Source of the DNA: Octopus bimaculoides
Taxonomy: Eukaryota
Direction of reading: 5' to 3'
DNA: 64,000 bases
Assembly: GCF_001194135.2 (NCBI RefSeq)
Contig: NC_068984.1
Span: forward strand, 133,867,908 to 133,931,907
Part shown: positions 50,027 to 62,718 of the stretch, one piece after another
Layout: each line of letters begins with the position of its first letter
How positions within the stretch are numbered: position 1 is the stretch's first letter
Notes under the pieces: generated by a model
Seen by the model: only the letters and a program-made list of their open reading frames with translations
Database searches by the model: none
Told to the model about the DNA's origin: nothing
Program-made: the position numbers and the translations under genes

Positions 50027-51446
50027 TTTCATGTGTCACCCGCACATGAGCCAGTCCAGGGGAACCAGCAATGATCTCGCTCGAAAATCCTACAACAGCC
50101 CCGCACAAGAGCCAGTCCAGTGGCACTGGCAATGGTCTCGCTTGAAAAATTTCTTGTGTCACCCGCACAAGAGCCAGTCCAGGGGCACTGGCAACGATCT
50201 CACTCGAAAGATTTCATGTGCTTTAATATTTAGGTGTTGGATTCATGATTGAAAGATTGTGGTTTCAGTTCCTAGACCTGGTGAAGCATTGCGTTCTTGA
50301 GCAAAACACTTCCTTTCATATTGCTCCAGTCTGCTCAGCTGGTTGAAATGAGTAATCCTGCAATGGACCCCAGCATCACATCCAGGGGCAAATATATATG
50401 TCAGGGAGACCAGAAACCAGCTCTTTGCTCCTTACAGAGTAATGTGGACTAACTCACATTAATGAATAACATTTTAAACATGGTTTCCATCATTAGTAAC
50501 CAGACTTTATAGTCCTTTTGTTTATATATTGGTGCAGTCATGGCTGTGTGGTTAAGAAGTTTGCTTCCCAACCATGAGGTTTCAGGTTCAGTCCCTCTGT
50601 GAGGTACTTTGGGTAAGTGTCTTTTACTATAGCCCTGGGTCTTGAGCATGGATTTGATAGATGGAAAATGAAAGAAACCCATAAAGTGTCTTGCTCAAGA
50701 ACTCAACACAGCCTGGTCCAGGAATCGAACTCACTACCTCATGATTGTGAGCCCAAATGCTCTAACCACTAGAACATTGACAACTGGTGTTGGTTCATTT
50801 ACATCTCTGTAACTTAGAGGTTTCACAAAAGAGACCAACAAAATAAGTATCAAACTTAAAAAAGTAATAACTGGGGTCGATTTGTTCAATTAAACCCTTC
50901 AAAGCATTGCCCTAGCATGGCCATAGTTCAATGACTGAAACAAGTAAAAGACAAAAATTGAAAAGGAAACACTAATGACTTACAGTACATTGATGAAGAT
51001 TCCTGCTGCTGAGGTGATTATCATGATAGTGGCATTTATCTCGTAGTCTTCATTGATAACTCTCAAGATAGCTAGGTAAATCAAAATGGCTGTCACCACC
51101 CATATAAAGAGGACAGATACAAGAGCACCAAGAATTTCTGAAAGACAACACATAAGAGGGTATGAGACATTTTGGTCTGGCTTATTTGACATCATTGATT
51201 TGATGCTGACTTATTTGGCATCACATGTTTTAATGCTTCACTCATTCACTCTTCCTACCTTTTTATGTGTACAATCGTTTCGTACATAGATATAAATTCA
51301 TTTTAGAATTTGCAAATATCAAAGTACTCATCAGTGCAGAGAAAAAATAATAACAGGAACTATCCAACTTCTCTGCTTTTTGGATCTATTTATCCATTCC
51401 TATCTATGTGTGAAAGTGATCGGAGTCATGTTAATTATTACCCTCC

Positions 51447-51484
<38 letters not shown>

Positions 51485-52986
51485 TCATCATCATCATCAT
51501 CGTTTAACTCTGCTTTCCATGCTAGCATGGGTTGGACGATTTGACTGAGGACTGGTGCAACCGGATGGTTACACCAGGCTCCAATCTAATTTGGCAGAGT
51601 TTCTACAGCTGGATGCCCTTCCTAACGCCAACCACTCAGAGAGTGTAGTGGGTGCTTTTACGTGTCATATATATATATATAACGTTCTCTCTTTCTGTCT
51701 GTATGTGCATATTTCTATATCTGCATACATGTGTGTGTGAGTGTGATTGCCTCTTGAGCCAAAACGTACTGTCACCAAAACAGATTCAATATCCAGTTGG
51801 TTATGACGATGAGGGTTCCAGTTGACCCGATCAATGGAACAGCCTGCTGGTGGAATTAATGTACAAGTGGCTGAGCACAGACACACGTACTCTTAATGCA
51901 GTTCTCAGGGATATTTAGTCCGACACAAAGTGTGACAAGGCTGACCCTTTGAATTACAGGTACAATTCATTTTTGCCAGCTGAGTGGACCGGAGCAATGT
52001 GAAATATAGTGTTTTGATCAAGGCCACAACACACTGCTGGGTATGAAACTCACAACATTACGACCATGAGCTGAATATCTTAACCACTTAACCATCTGCC
52101 TTCCAACCTGTCTGCAATACTTGTACAACAAATATCAAACAAGGTGAAAAGAAGGCAATTATATTTATACACTGATAGCAATAACAAAATCAACAAGAAG
52201 CTAAAACATGGCAGTATATTATGTTTTCTTAGACAGGTGAAGTGTTACTAGATTCTAATCTTAAAGTAAACTGATTAATTACAGCTAGACAAAACAAAAT
52301 GTTTAAAATATGTCAGTGATGTCCTAAAATAGCTAAAACTGATTCATTAAAAGAGAATAACAATGGAATGAATCTATAAAAGTATTTGTGAGAAAAATTT
52401 GATTCAAAGTTATTTGATTTAGTTTAGTGATTTGGAAAATGGAATCGTAAGGAGAATATACTGCTAGGTAGGTATTTAATGGATGACTTTCGTCTTTTAA
52501 AGGTTCTGGAGTATCTCTCTATTATCAGTAAGAGGAAGAGGAAATAAAAAAGGGGAAAGGATACTTGAAATAGATAGGTAGGCACATACATCCAATCAGG
52601 CGGTTCTGGCAACGACCACGCTCAAAAGGTGTTAATTAAATGCTACCTGCCAGTCTGGCGGTGATATATATATATATATATATCAAAACAGGAGATTGGA
52701 AAAAACATTTTGCTATCATTTATTCACCATTACACATGTTTCATTTGCTAATAGGAGATACATGTTTCTCTTACATATCTTCAGACAGAGAATCAAATAA
52801 TTTTCTGTTATGGCATGTAATTACTCTGCAAATAATATTTTCCAGTATTTTCAACCGTAATGCATACCTCACAAATATAACATTTAGATGCATGCCTCAC
52901 AAATATAACATTTAGATACAAACTTTGGATTACTAGAACGAATAAATGTGTTTCAAGAAGAAAAGACATCTACTTATTCCAATACT

Positions 52987-53041
<55 letters not shown>

Positions 53042-54132
53042 NNNNNNNNNNNNNNNNNNNNNNNNNNNNNNNNNNNNNNNNNNNNNNNNNNNNNNNNNNN
53101 NNNNNNNNNNNGAGAGAGAGAGAGAGAGAGAGAGGTAGGTGTGTGCGTGTGCGTGTGCGTGCGTGTGTGTGTGTGTGTGTGTGTGGCTGGTTAAATTTAG
53201 AGGAAAACTCAGACAAAACTTGGGAAAAAACATGTCAGCTGGTTTTTGTGCATCTCTTTCATGTTTTCTCAACATTGGAATGATTTATGTTCTCATCTTC
53301 ATCCCATAATTTCACAGGAAAAAAAATCTCTTGGGGTCATCCTTCAGAGGTGTCCAATCTTATACATTTATCCCACTTTCCAACTGACATTTATTATACA
53401 ATTCCATCTCCAAAATTTTCTTGCATTTCATCATGCACTTTCCAGGTGTTGTTTAGATCCAGTTGGGTACAATCCTGTCTTTTTTTGTTCATTATCCACT
53501 GTGCACTCCCATCATTTTCAATGTTCTCTTTTTATCAAGAGAGCTGAAGCTGAGTGTGATTTGAAGATATTTTGGCTATGTGACAACATAGGTTTTCAGT
53601 TAGGTAATTCAGATTCATGTATGTTCCTTTTTAATTCTTCAATACTCAAAATAAGGATTTATAAACTTAATGACCTAAAGAAATATGTCATACATGGCAA
53701 TTAGAAAACTGGAAAAATTATTTACAAAAGAAGGAAAATAGTAAAATGCGCATACTAACCTGCCCGGTGCCATCCAAAACTATATTTCTTTGTAGCTGGT
53801 CGTGATGCCAAGTAAACTGAGAGTAAACTAATAATAAAACTGACAAAGTCTGTGAGAAGGTGCGCAGCATCTGTCATAATTGCAAGACTGTCAGCTAAAT
53901 AACCACCTAAAATTAAACAAAATACCTTTAGTTTTGGTAGAATTTTTACATCCACATTAACATGTTAAGAAGATCTGCACAAGACTGAGAATTCAGAACT
54001 GGAGTCATGGAGTCAGAAGTAATTATTGGGTTGTTAGAGTCAGAGCCAATACATTTCCATTGACTCTGAGTAAATGCAAACTGTAATGCAATGTATTAAC
54101 ATTTCCAATTTCACAGATAGCGATTTAACTCA

Positions 54133-54167
<35 letters not shown>

Positions 54168-57100
54168 TCTTTTACTTGATTCAGTCATTTGACTGTGGCC
54201 ATGCTGGAGCACCGCCTTTAGTCGAGCAAATCGACCCTAGAACTTATTCTTTGTAAGCCTAGTACTTATTCTATTGGTCTCTTTTACCGAACTGCTAAGT
54301 TACGGGGACGTAAACACACCAGCATCGGTTGTCAAGCGGTGTTGGCGGGGACAAACACATACACACACACACAGAGACATACATATATATATATATATTC
54401 TTTTACTTGATNNNNNNNNNNNNNNNNNNNNNNNNNNNNNNNNNNNNNNNNNNNNNNNNNNNNNNNNNNNNNNNNNNNNNNNNNNNNNNATATATATATA
54501 TATACGATGGGCTTCTTTCAGTTTCCGTCTACCAAATCCACTCACAAGGCTTTGGTCGGCCCGAGGCTATAGTAGAAGTCCACCCCAAAGGTTGGAGTGG
54601 ACTGCACCTGCCTACCTTGGTTGCTATGGCACTGATGTAGATCCGGCCACTCCTGTTAACAGGAACAAAACCTGGATTTAAAAACACTGGATGAGTTGTA
54701 AATAATCAAATCAGATTTAACTCTTTTGGCAAACCTGCCTGAATCTGCCCTTGGTTCCATAATACAAATTTACTGTTTTATTGTGGTCTAAATTAAAAGT
54801 CTCCATCAAAATGTAAAGTTTGATTTTTTTTTATTTAAGACTTGCCACTATGGTCATTTCAACCTCCACGAGGTTTATCAAATGCAAAGTATGCTCATAC
54901 CTTTGCTCTTGATCCAATCTGCTTTAAATGTTTATTTGATTATCTGCCAACTGAGTTTCATTGCAATATCTTAAAATCATTATACTGCTTCAAAAGCTCA
55001 CTTCTGTCTGATGATCACTTATGTGAAACTCAAGTAATAAACAGCCTATGAAATTTTTTTTACCTTCAGTAACACACATACACACACAAACACACTCTCT
55101 CTCTCATAGTAAACTAATGTTGGGGCTCCTTTATGCCAAAATATAATTTTGTAATTTGCAGAGTATAATAACAAATTTGTTTTCAGAGCTGTTAACAATA
55201 TACCATATTTACTCATATAGAAGTCACATTATTATTTTCAGTCGTGTTTGTTTGTCTGTGGACAAGATATCTCAAGAACCACTGGATGGATTCGGATGAA
55301 ACTTTCAAGGCTGGGTGGCCTCATGGCTCGCATGAAATGATTAGATTTTGGGAGCAATCCGGTACCAGACAAGGGTTCTGGATTATTTTTCCTGTTTTTT
55401 TACTTAATTTTTAAGAGCAGTCAGGTTCATCTTTAGTATTCTCATTTGTGAGAGCAGTTGAGTTTATTTCAGATATTCTCATTTTAAAAATCATCTCTGG
55501 CTAATCATTGAGAGGACGTTGGTGTTACCTTGGTGGATGTTTGCACTCTCTGAGTGTTCTTGTTTTATACTTGATTTTAACTGAAACCTAGTGTGTAATT
55601 TATACATGATGAGGGGTGGGCAGCTTATATATAGGGGCAAGTTTGAATATGAAAGGAAAAAATTTTGTACCAATAACACTAAATAAGGGGTGAGACTTAT
55701 GCACAAGTGTGACTTATACATGAGTGAGTACAGTAGATATGATTGCTAAGTTGAGACTGACTGACATGAATGAAAATGAATGCCTGTTATAACAATCAGG
55801 TGAGACTTAGTATATTCAAAAATTGCTGAGTGTTAGATTTCCATTTATGATACAGATAAACAAGTAAATCAGAGCAAATGGTTTCAAAGTGTCACTTTTC
55901 ACATAGGGAGGGTGGAGGAGGGAGAGGTGGTGACAAGCAAAAGAGATAAATAACTAATTGAACTTATATTGAACCTAGTAGAAATAGTCTTGGCCTTGTA
56001 ACTACAAAGCATAAATGTTGCTAATCTATTTTTAAGTACTAATTTCTTTGTTATTTCTTAGTCATCTTTCTGAAATGTTCCAAATGTTGTTTTTGATGAT
56101 TGTAAAATACTTTGTAAAAGTTATCCACTATATTTCAGTGTTTTAAACATTTTAATATTTTTTTCCCATTATTCAATATTCTATATTCAACTTATTCTAA
56201 GAAGTTGAATCGTTTTGCCAATACACACATCATCATTATTTTAATGTCCACTTTTCCATGCTTGAATAGGTCAGATGGAAATTGTTGAGGTGCATTTTCT
56301 ATGGCTGGATGCCCATCCTGTCCCAAACCCTCACTTGCTTCCAAGTAAGCTAACATTTCCCCATGACCAGACTTATTTTTATAAAAGATTGGAAATGAAG
56401 GACACCATTTATATGATACTGACACTAATTTACAACTATCAGACAATGTCAAGATTAGGAGACAATAACACACACACACATATATGTGCATATACACATA
56501 TATATATGTACACACACACACAAGGCTTGGTTCAGTTTCCATCTATCAAATCCACCCGCAAGGCTTTGGATAGCCCAGAGCTATATTAGAAGACACTTGC
56601 ATGTGGTGGGATTGAACTCAAAACAATAGATTGGGAAGTAAACTCCTTACCACACAGCTGCTCCAGCACACGGTTGAGTAGAATATTTCCAGGCAAGTAC
56701 CTGCACCGAAATAATGTTTTTTTATCAACCCCCAAAAGATGAAAGATAAAATTGACCTTCATAGAATTTGAACTCAGAACATAGTGAGCTTCAACACACA
56801 TCACTAGGTATTTCACCTGAAGATGTAACGACTCTGCCAACTTGCCTTGACCGCTTCTCTGTCCACGAGTTGAATTCAATATTAAAAAAAAAATTTTTTT
56901 TTTAAATCAACATCATTGTCATCATCATCATCATCATGTGCTAAAATTTCTGCATTCAAACTAAACCAAACTAATGATGAAGATACATAACATTTTATCA
57001 CAGCACACGGCAAGGAATTTTAAAAAAAATATTTCTTTGTCACTTTCTTTGTCATTTTGAAACGGCTGTGCAAATAAAGTTTTGTTGAGAATAATAGGAA

Positions 57101-60100
57101 TCATCATCATCATCATTATCAACAACAACAGTATCCTTATGATTCACTATGACATCAATTTTTCATTGGAAACCTCTTGATAGCCAAGCCTTTACAAAAT
57201 GAAATGACAGCTAAAGGAAATTGAGCAGAGCTGTCAGCTGCACCACGAAACATATTTATACTTGCTTTTGTGTCTTTTGTGTTGTGTTTGAACTGTATTT
57301 GCTAATATTCTAGTTTTACTAATATTTATGAAATTATATACCACTGTGACAGAGTTATTAAAAATCTCTGTATGATAAGGAAATTGGTTTTATCCTGTCG
57401 TATTGCTTGTCTGTTGCTGCTAGTTGAAAATTGCAACAAAAAAAAAAAAAAGAAAAAAGAAAGAAAAATGACATTATTAAGATTTGTTACTGAACAGAAA
57501 ATTGTATATTCAGGTGTGGTGATACAATTAGACTTTTAAACTTGACTGAAATACTTTTGAAATGTGGCTAAGAAGCTCGCTTTGCAACCATGTGGTTTCA
57601 GGTCAGTTCCATTGTGCAGCACCTTGGGTAAGCGTCTCCTATTATAGCCCCAGTTCAACCAATGCCTTGAGAATCTTGAGAATGAATTTGGTGAATAGAA
57701 ACGGTGAGGAAGCCTGTCTTACATGTTTGTGTTTGTGTGTGTGTGTATGATTGCACCTGTGCTTGACGCCCTATACTGCTTGACAATTGGTGTTAGTTTA
57801 TTTACAGCCTTGTAACTTAGTAGTCTGGCAAATGATTGGCACAATAAGTACCAGACTTAAGAAAAAAAGATCTACTGGGGTCATTTGGTTTGGCTGAAAC
57901 CCTTTAAGGCCAATGACCGAAGCAAGTAAAAAAGGGCAAAGGTAAAACATGTTAATTAGAAGTATTTATGAACAAACTTATCATGAATGACAACATTTAG
58001 CAAGCCCAGATGTTAAATGACAAATTTAGATTGAATAAATTAAATAAATAGAAATAATTAGAAATAAATAAACAGAGTGGGTGCATATATTCTACTTCAT
58101 TCATTTCATTCTGGTCTTCAATGGTTGTTGGAAGCAACAAGTTATACAAGTCATGTTCTAATTAGTGAGTTTGTCAATTAGGTAATGCAACAATGAAGTG
58201 TTATTGTCAATAACTGGTATAAGAGCTTTACCTTTGTCAATGGCTACCAAAACGAGGAAGTAAATACAAAGGAGTGGGGGCAATTGCAGTTATTTTAAAT
58301 TGTCCACCACTTTCAGGATATGATCTATCAATGTTTCAGAAAGGTCGTTTTGAGATAGAGTTAGCTACAAGATAGGGTCAGCATATTTTATTTCACAAAA
58401 TAATGTTAAATTTTTACACCTACAATACCGTACAGAAATTCTTTCATCATTACTTCAATAAACATAGGGAAATCATACTTTGCTGAGGTGGTCTGATAAG
58501 ACTGAAACATATCCAGAATTGTCTCCTGCTCTTACAAAAATTATGAAAATATTAATCATTGGGTGTCTTTTACTCACTGCATTATCATTTTTAATCAGAT
58601 AGTTTTATGTTATCTGTATTAAATATATTAAGACTCACTTTATTGTTATTTTTCTATGCGAATGCTGTCACTGGAGTAATTAATTCATGCGAAAAAAAAA
58701 ATTAAGTTGAATAAGATGTAGTTTAGATTTAATCAAGTCGTGGAATCACAAATGCCATATTGCACACTTAAGAAACCACTCTGCCTTGTGCTTATTAATC
58801 AGGAACAAGTCTTCAGTCTCCTCTCTTTAGTTTAAAGTACCTAAGCATAGATGAATGTTTCATTCATGTACAACAACGTCCATAGTAAGATTAGATTTGG
58901 AGATAAGTTTTGAGAGAAATTTACAGTACAAGTAGCTGCTTACCAGGACTTGGATCTCATCTCCATTTTCTGGTTCCAAACCTAAAGATTATATTTATGA
59001 TAAACACTTGTGTGCTGGTGATGCTGCTGTATTATATCTCCAAATGCTGGAGTCAATGTCTCATCAGGAGATAGGCCAAACATGTGCAATGTGGAGTTGT
59101 ATGCAAAATGGGCAGAAGAGGTGGAAGCGTTTTTTTTTTTTTCATAGGAATCCAACCCACTGAGCTATTGTTGATGAGAAGTCAAAAAAAGAGGATTCCA
59201 CAAATTTAGTGGAGGCTCTTTTGGTAACAGGGCAGAAGGACCAGCTGTAGGTTGGAAGGTGGGAAAACTTGAAAGCTGTGTGATACATGAAAAAGTCTGG
59301 AGAGTAGTCTTGCAAGAGTTGTTCTGCTGGGTACTGCCCAGTTTTTAGAAGTGCCCAGTTTTTGGAAGTGAGTGAAAATTTCCAGGTGTTGTAAGCTTAA
59401 TTCCTTTATTTCTTCCTGAACAGCAATGCAGCCATGAGGAAAACACTTTGGTTTCCTCTTGGCACTGCAAATCAGCTAATTGGTCAGAACTTCACCAGTT
59501 CTATGCCTTTTATTATTGGCAGAAAATGTGATTCACTTCTGATCAATGAGAAACAGCTAGACAGGTGACTGAGTCCCTCCTTTTAGGCCTGTCTCTTCAC
59601 ATCCCACACACAGCAAAAAAATCAATGTTTCTAACCCCCTAAGTGGCTCCCTCACAACTACACTGTAGCTGTTCAGGTGAAAAACAAAACAAAACAAAAA
59701 AGGAAACAAAGAAGCAAATTCTGCTAAAGATATCTCTGGGCCAGATGGTGGTGTCTAACTGGGCAGTGTGGTGTGCTTAACACATACAAAAAAAAACAAA
59801 AAGGAAGAAAAAACAAGGAAAGGCAACTCACTGCACCATATAAAAGGAAAACAAATTTGAATAACAATAGCAATAATAGTATTAATAATATTAATCACAA
59901 TAACAGCAATAATAATGATAAAAGTTTAGTAAGGAGAAGAAGAAAAATATAAATAAAATTGTATTGCAAAGTAGAGAGGAAAAATATAGTGAGAATGAAA
60001 GTGTGTCAATTGTTGATAAGGAGGGGATTGGAGATGGGGGTAGGGAGCTTTTGTTGTTGTAGCTGCAAATGTTGCTGCAATTGTTGTCATTGGTGCTGCT

Positions 60101-60289
60101 GTCGTTGTTGTTAAAGTTGCTTATACAAGTTTATTTAAATAGGAAATCACCCACCATAAATATGTGATACACTTTTAACCAGGTGAACCCCTCTCAATTT
60201 ATGGTACACGTTTACTTAGAAAATTCTCCTGGTTATGAGGGTTTTATGGCATATTGTTTAACAAGCTGATTCCAGATTAGAAATTTAAG

Positions 60290-60329
<40 letters not shown>

Positions 60330-60389
60330 NNNNNNNNNNGGTTTTATGGCATATTGTTTAACAAGCTGATTCCAGATTAGAAATTTAAG

Positions 60390-60420
<31 letters not shown>

Positions 60421-60838
60421 AAATGTAGATTCAGGTGAATATGATACTTAAGTTTAGGCACCAGAATTTAGTATGGTATTATCCATACAATTTCAAAGTA
60501 AGGTGATTAAAATCAAAATAAGCAACAAGGATATTCAAAGTTAGTGCAGTACGATCGTTTCATGCAACTCCATTTAATTGAACAATGTAATCATTACATC
60601 AATTTAAAATGCAGAGTAATCTTCAGCTGCACAAAGACATAGAATTTAATTAAATTAGAACAGATGGACACATTAGTATAATAATACCTAAAATCTCCCT
60701 AAACAATAAAATTCCAAAGTTACTTACCAATAATTTCAATAATCATGAAAAAAAGACATAAACAGCTGGCTATAATAAGCGTTTTCCTAGTTTTTGCTGT
60801 GTTAGTCTTGCTTATTGATATACGATGACAGTGGTTAT
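43147..60838 (-). CDS. SLC30A2: Zinc transporter, cation diffusion facilitator, ZnT2/ZnT3/ZnT8 subfamily (SLC30A2-like). Seven coding exons here; N-terminus further upstream
   Basis: complement(join(43147-43292,44779-44913,47788-47893,48774-49023,50984-51137,53760-53906,60728-60838)). All introns are GT-AG and the frame is open to TAG. Motifs: [24 protein letters not shown], His-rich loop, [31 protein letters not shown]. The symbol is approximate because the vertebrate paralogs A2/A3/A8 cannot be distinguished by eye. Confidence 0.93.
43452..44110. mobile_element. Non-autonomous TA-flanked DNA transposon (Tc1/mariner/pogo type) in the last ZnT intron
   Basis: TIRs tcgtaaatccttgagtatagtccgc (from 43452) and gcggattatactcgaggatttacgg (to 44110), about 3 mismatches. 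TA on both flanks. Confidence 0.8.
44168..44400 (-). mobile_element. Family A SINE, 3' half
   Basis: cttttacttgtttcagtcatttgattgcggccatgctggagcac... is the reverse complement of the family A tail. Confidence 0.8.
44779..44913 (-). CDS. SLC30A2: ZnT exon ([45 protein letters not shown])
   Basis: 135 nt, phase 1-1, gtaagt donor. Confidence 0.93.
47788..47893 (-). CDS. SLC30A2: ZnT exon ([35 protein letters not shown])
   Basis: 106 nt, phase 0-1. Confidence 0.93.
48159..48545 (+). mobile_element. Young full-length family E SINE with a 13-bp target-site duplication
   Basis: A-box-like tgatccaatggttagg, B-box-like ggtttcgattccc, (caa)n tail. caaatatccaagt is repeated at 48146-48158 and 48546-48558. 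Confidence 0.9.
48774..49023 (-). CDS. SLC30A2: ZnT exon with the His-rich loop and TM5 ([37 protein letters not shown]...[31 protein letters not shown])
   Basis: 250 nt, phase 2-0, cttgtag acceptor, gttagt donor. Confidence 0.93.
49730..50220 (-). mobile_element. Family C element with an expanded ~62-nt internal subrepeat array and a ~40-nt poly-A interruption
   Basis: Tail at 49730-49960. Three units cccgcac(a)agagccagtccag(g/t)gg...ctcg...gaaa at ~50025-50220. Confidence 0.85.
50984..51137 (-). CDS. SLC30A2: ZnT exon ([52 protein letters not shown])
   Basis: 154 nt, phase 1-2. Confidence 0.93.
53760..53906 (-). CDS. SLC30A2: ZnT exon ([49 protein letters not shown])
   Basis: 147 nt, phase 1-1. 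Confidence 0.95.
54160..54575 (-). mobile_element. Family A SINE, 5' end replaced by an RTE 3' fragment (54580-54695, +)
   Basis: Family A body in reverse complement. The adjacent ...gtagatccggccactcctgttaacaggaacaaaacctggattaaaaacactggatga matches the 3' end of the RTE at 32245-32330. Confidence 0.7.
55230..55500 (+). mobile_element. Possible Helentron/HINE-type non-autonomous element
   Basis: ttttcagtcgtgtttgtttgtctgtggacaagatatctcaagaaccactggatggattcggatgaaacttt resembles the microsatellite plus atggatt...atgaaactt signature of HINE/DINE-like elements. Recognised from memory only. Confidence 0.35.
56232..56680 (-). mobile_element. Family B SINE
   Basis: Reverse complement of the 1342-1880 architecture. 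Confidence 0.75.
60728..60838 (-). CDS. SLC30A2: ZnT exon with the HCH motif and TM1 ([36 protein letters not shown])
   Basis: 111 nt, phase 1-1, poly-T acceptor, gtaagt donor. Confidence 0.92.
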
Positions 60839-61107
60839 CTGAGAAAAAAAAAACAACAGAAATTAAAACTACTGAAATTGACATGCAAACATATAATAGA
60901 TCATCATCATTGTTTAATGTCCATTTTCCATGCTGGCATGGGTTGGACGGTTTGGCAGGAGCTGGCCAGACTCCAATTGTCTGTTGCGGCATGGTTTCTA
61001 TGGCTGGGTGCTTTTTACATGCCACCATTGTGGATGTGCTTATGCAGCGCCGGTGCAAGTGCATTTTATCTGGCACCGGCACATGTATGGATGACAACAA
61101 TTTTACT

Positions 61108-61470
61108 TAGGCAGGGAGTTGGTAGAAACGTTAGCATGCAGGGTGAAATGCCTAGTGGTATTTTGTCTGCCGTTACGTTCTGAGTTCAAATTCCACCGAG
61201 GTCGACTTTGCCTTTCATCCTTTCGGGGTCGATTAAATAAGTACCAGTTACGCACTGGGGTCGATGTAATCGACTTAATCCCTTTGTCTGTCCTTGTTTG
61301 TCCCCTCTATGTTAAGCCCCTTGTGGGCAATAAAGAAATAAGAAACGTTAGCACGCCAGGTGAAATGCCTAGCGGTATTTTGCCTGCCGTTATGTTCTGA
61401 GTCCAAATTCCGCCGAGGTCGACTTTGCTTTGCATCCTTTAAGGGTCGATTAAATAAGTACCAGTTAAAG
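61108..61470 (+). mobile_element. Tandem family D SINEs (one full, one partial)
   Basis: agaaacgttagca(t/c)gc..ggtgaaatgcctag(t/c)ggtatttt...gaggtcgactttgc appears twice. Confidence 0.85.
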
Positions 61471-62183
61471 CGAACGTTAAACAACGATGATGATGATGAT
61501 GATGAATTTCTTTCACTTTTCAATGAGTAGCAGATGAGCGACTATCTTTCCATACAGACACAACACAGGCTACGCTTTCAGATGCACCAATAGGCTCACC
61601 ATTAATTCTGTAAAATACTCATGGGTCCTGCTAGTTAACATTATTGTTGTTATGTAAAAATAATCATGCAGTTTTGATGCAGAAACAGTTTAATAGAAAA
61701 GGAAAAAGAAAAGCAGATGAGAGGGGTGAAATTAGAAGGAAGAGACTGATAGAATTGTCGGGGGAATGTGTGTGCTAGAGAGAGAGAGAGAGAGAGATAA
61801 AGAGAAGATGTGGAAAAAGAAAAAAAGACCATCTCACATATTCAGACACCATTCTCAATGAAAAAGGAACTGTTTAATCACTTGATTTGCTAGGAATGGC
61901 AGACAAATCTTTTTGAATCCCAGCTTTCTCTCTTAAAAAAAGGCAACTTTGTATAATGTAATCCTAGATAATACTGCCTTGGAAAACAAACAACAAAAAA
62001 AAGAAAATGGTTACATGTGAAATGCTTTCTATTGTATTTTTCTTAATCAGAGCTGACTTGGACACACTTACACGTTTGTCCATTCACTCCTCTCCCTACA
62101 CCATCACATATTCATTATTTCAACCTTTCCTTACCAACCTGATTTTTCTTTGATTTTTTTTCTTGAGTCCCAGGACTCATAAG

Positions 62184-62369
62184 CAGGGATATAGCTAGGG
62201 TGGGGCAAGCAGGGCACATGCCCTGGGCGTCACTTTGAGGAGGGGGGGGCGCAATTTTGGCCAAGATCATTTTCTAATTAAGCCATTTTTATGTGAGTTT
62301 CCACTTTTTGATTGAGGGTGGGAGTGCAAATTTGATGCTTGCCCTGGGCACCATTTACCCTAGCCTCTA
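62184..62369. mobile_element. hAT-type MITE with an 8-bp target-site duplication
   Basis: ctcataag at 62176-62183 and 62370-62377. Partial TIRs tagctagggt / accctagcct. Confidence 0.65.
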
Positions 62370-62686
62370 CTCATAAGGCCCAGTTGCCTGGTTTCCATGG
62401 TGCATATAAGCGGTCAAGATCACAACATACCTCCTGAATGGGACATTAGTCCATTGCAGGGTCCAATGCTCACAGTTTTGAGAAGAAGGGATACATTGAT
62501 GACATTGGCTTGACTGGTACTTTATTTTATTGATCTCCAAAGGCAAAGTTTACCTTGGCAGAATTTGAAATCAGAATGTAAAGAGCAGGAAGAAATATCA
62601 ATAAGCGTTTTGTCAGGCAGGCCAACAATTTTTCTGGCTTGCTGTCTTCCTACCAAAATAATAATTATTAATAATTATTTACTTAC

Positions 62687-62718
62687 ACGTGGTGCTATCC
62701 TGGCTTTTGTTCGAAGAA
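62687..62718 (-). CDS. SLC30A2: Probable 32-nt upstream ZnT micro-exon (SSNKSQDSTT, phase 2-1)
   Basis: A ~20-T polypyrimidine tract plus CAG acceptor and a consensus GTAAGT donor. Open in the frame needed to join the HCH exon (SSNKSQDSTTYNHCH). Confidence 0.6.

Noticed and set aside
50025-50220. Regularly spaced repeats resembling a CRISPR array
   Set aside because: The units are contiguous homologous modules of a SINE with no unique spacers, the context is eukaryotic, and there are no cas genes.
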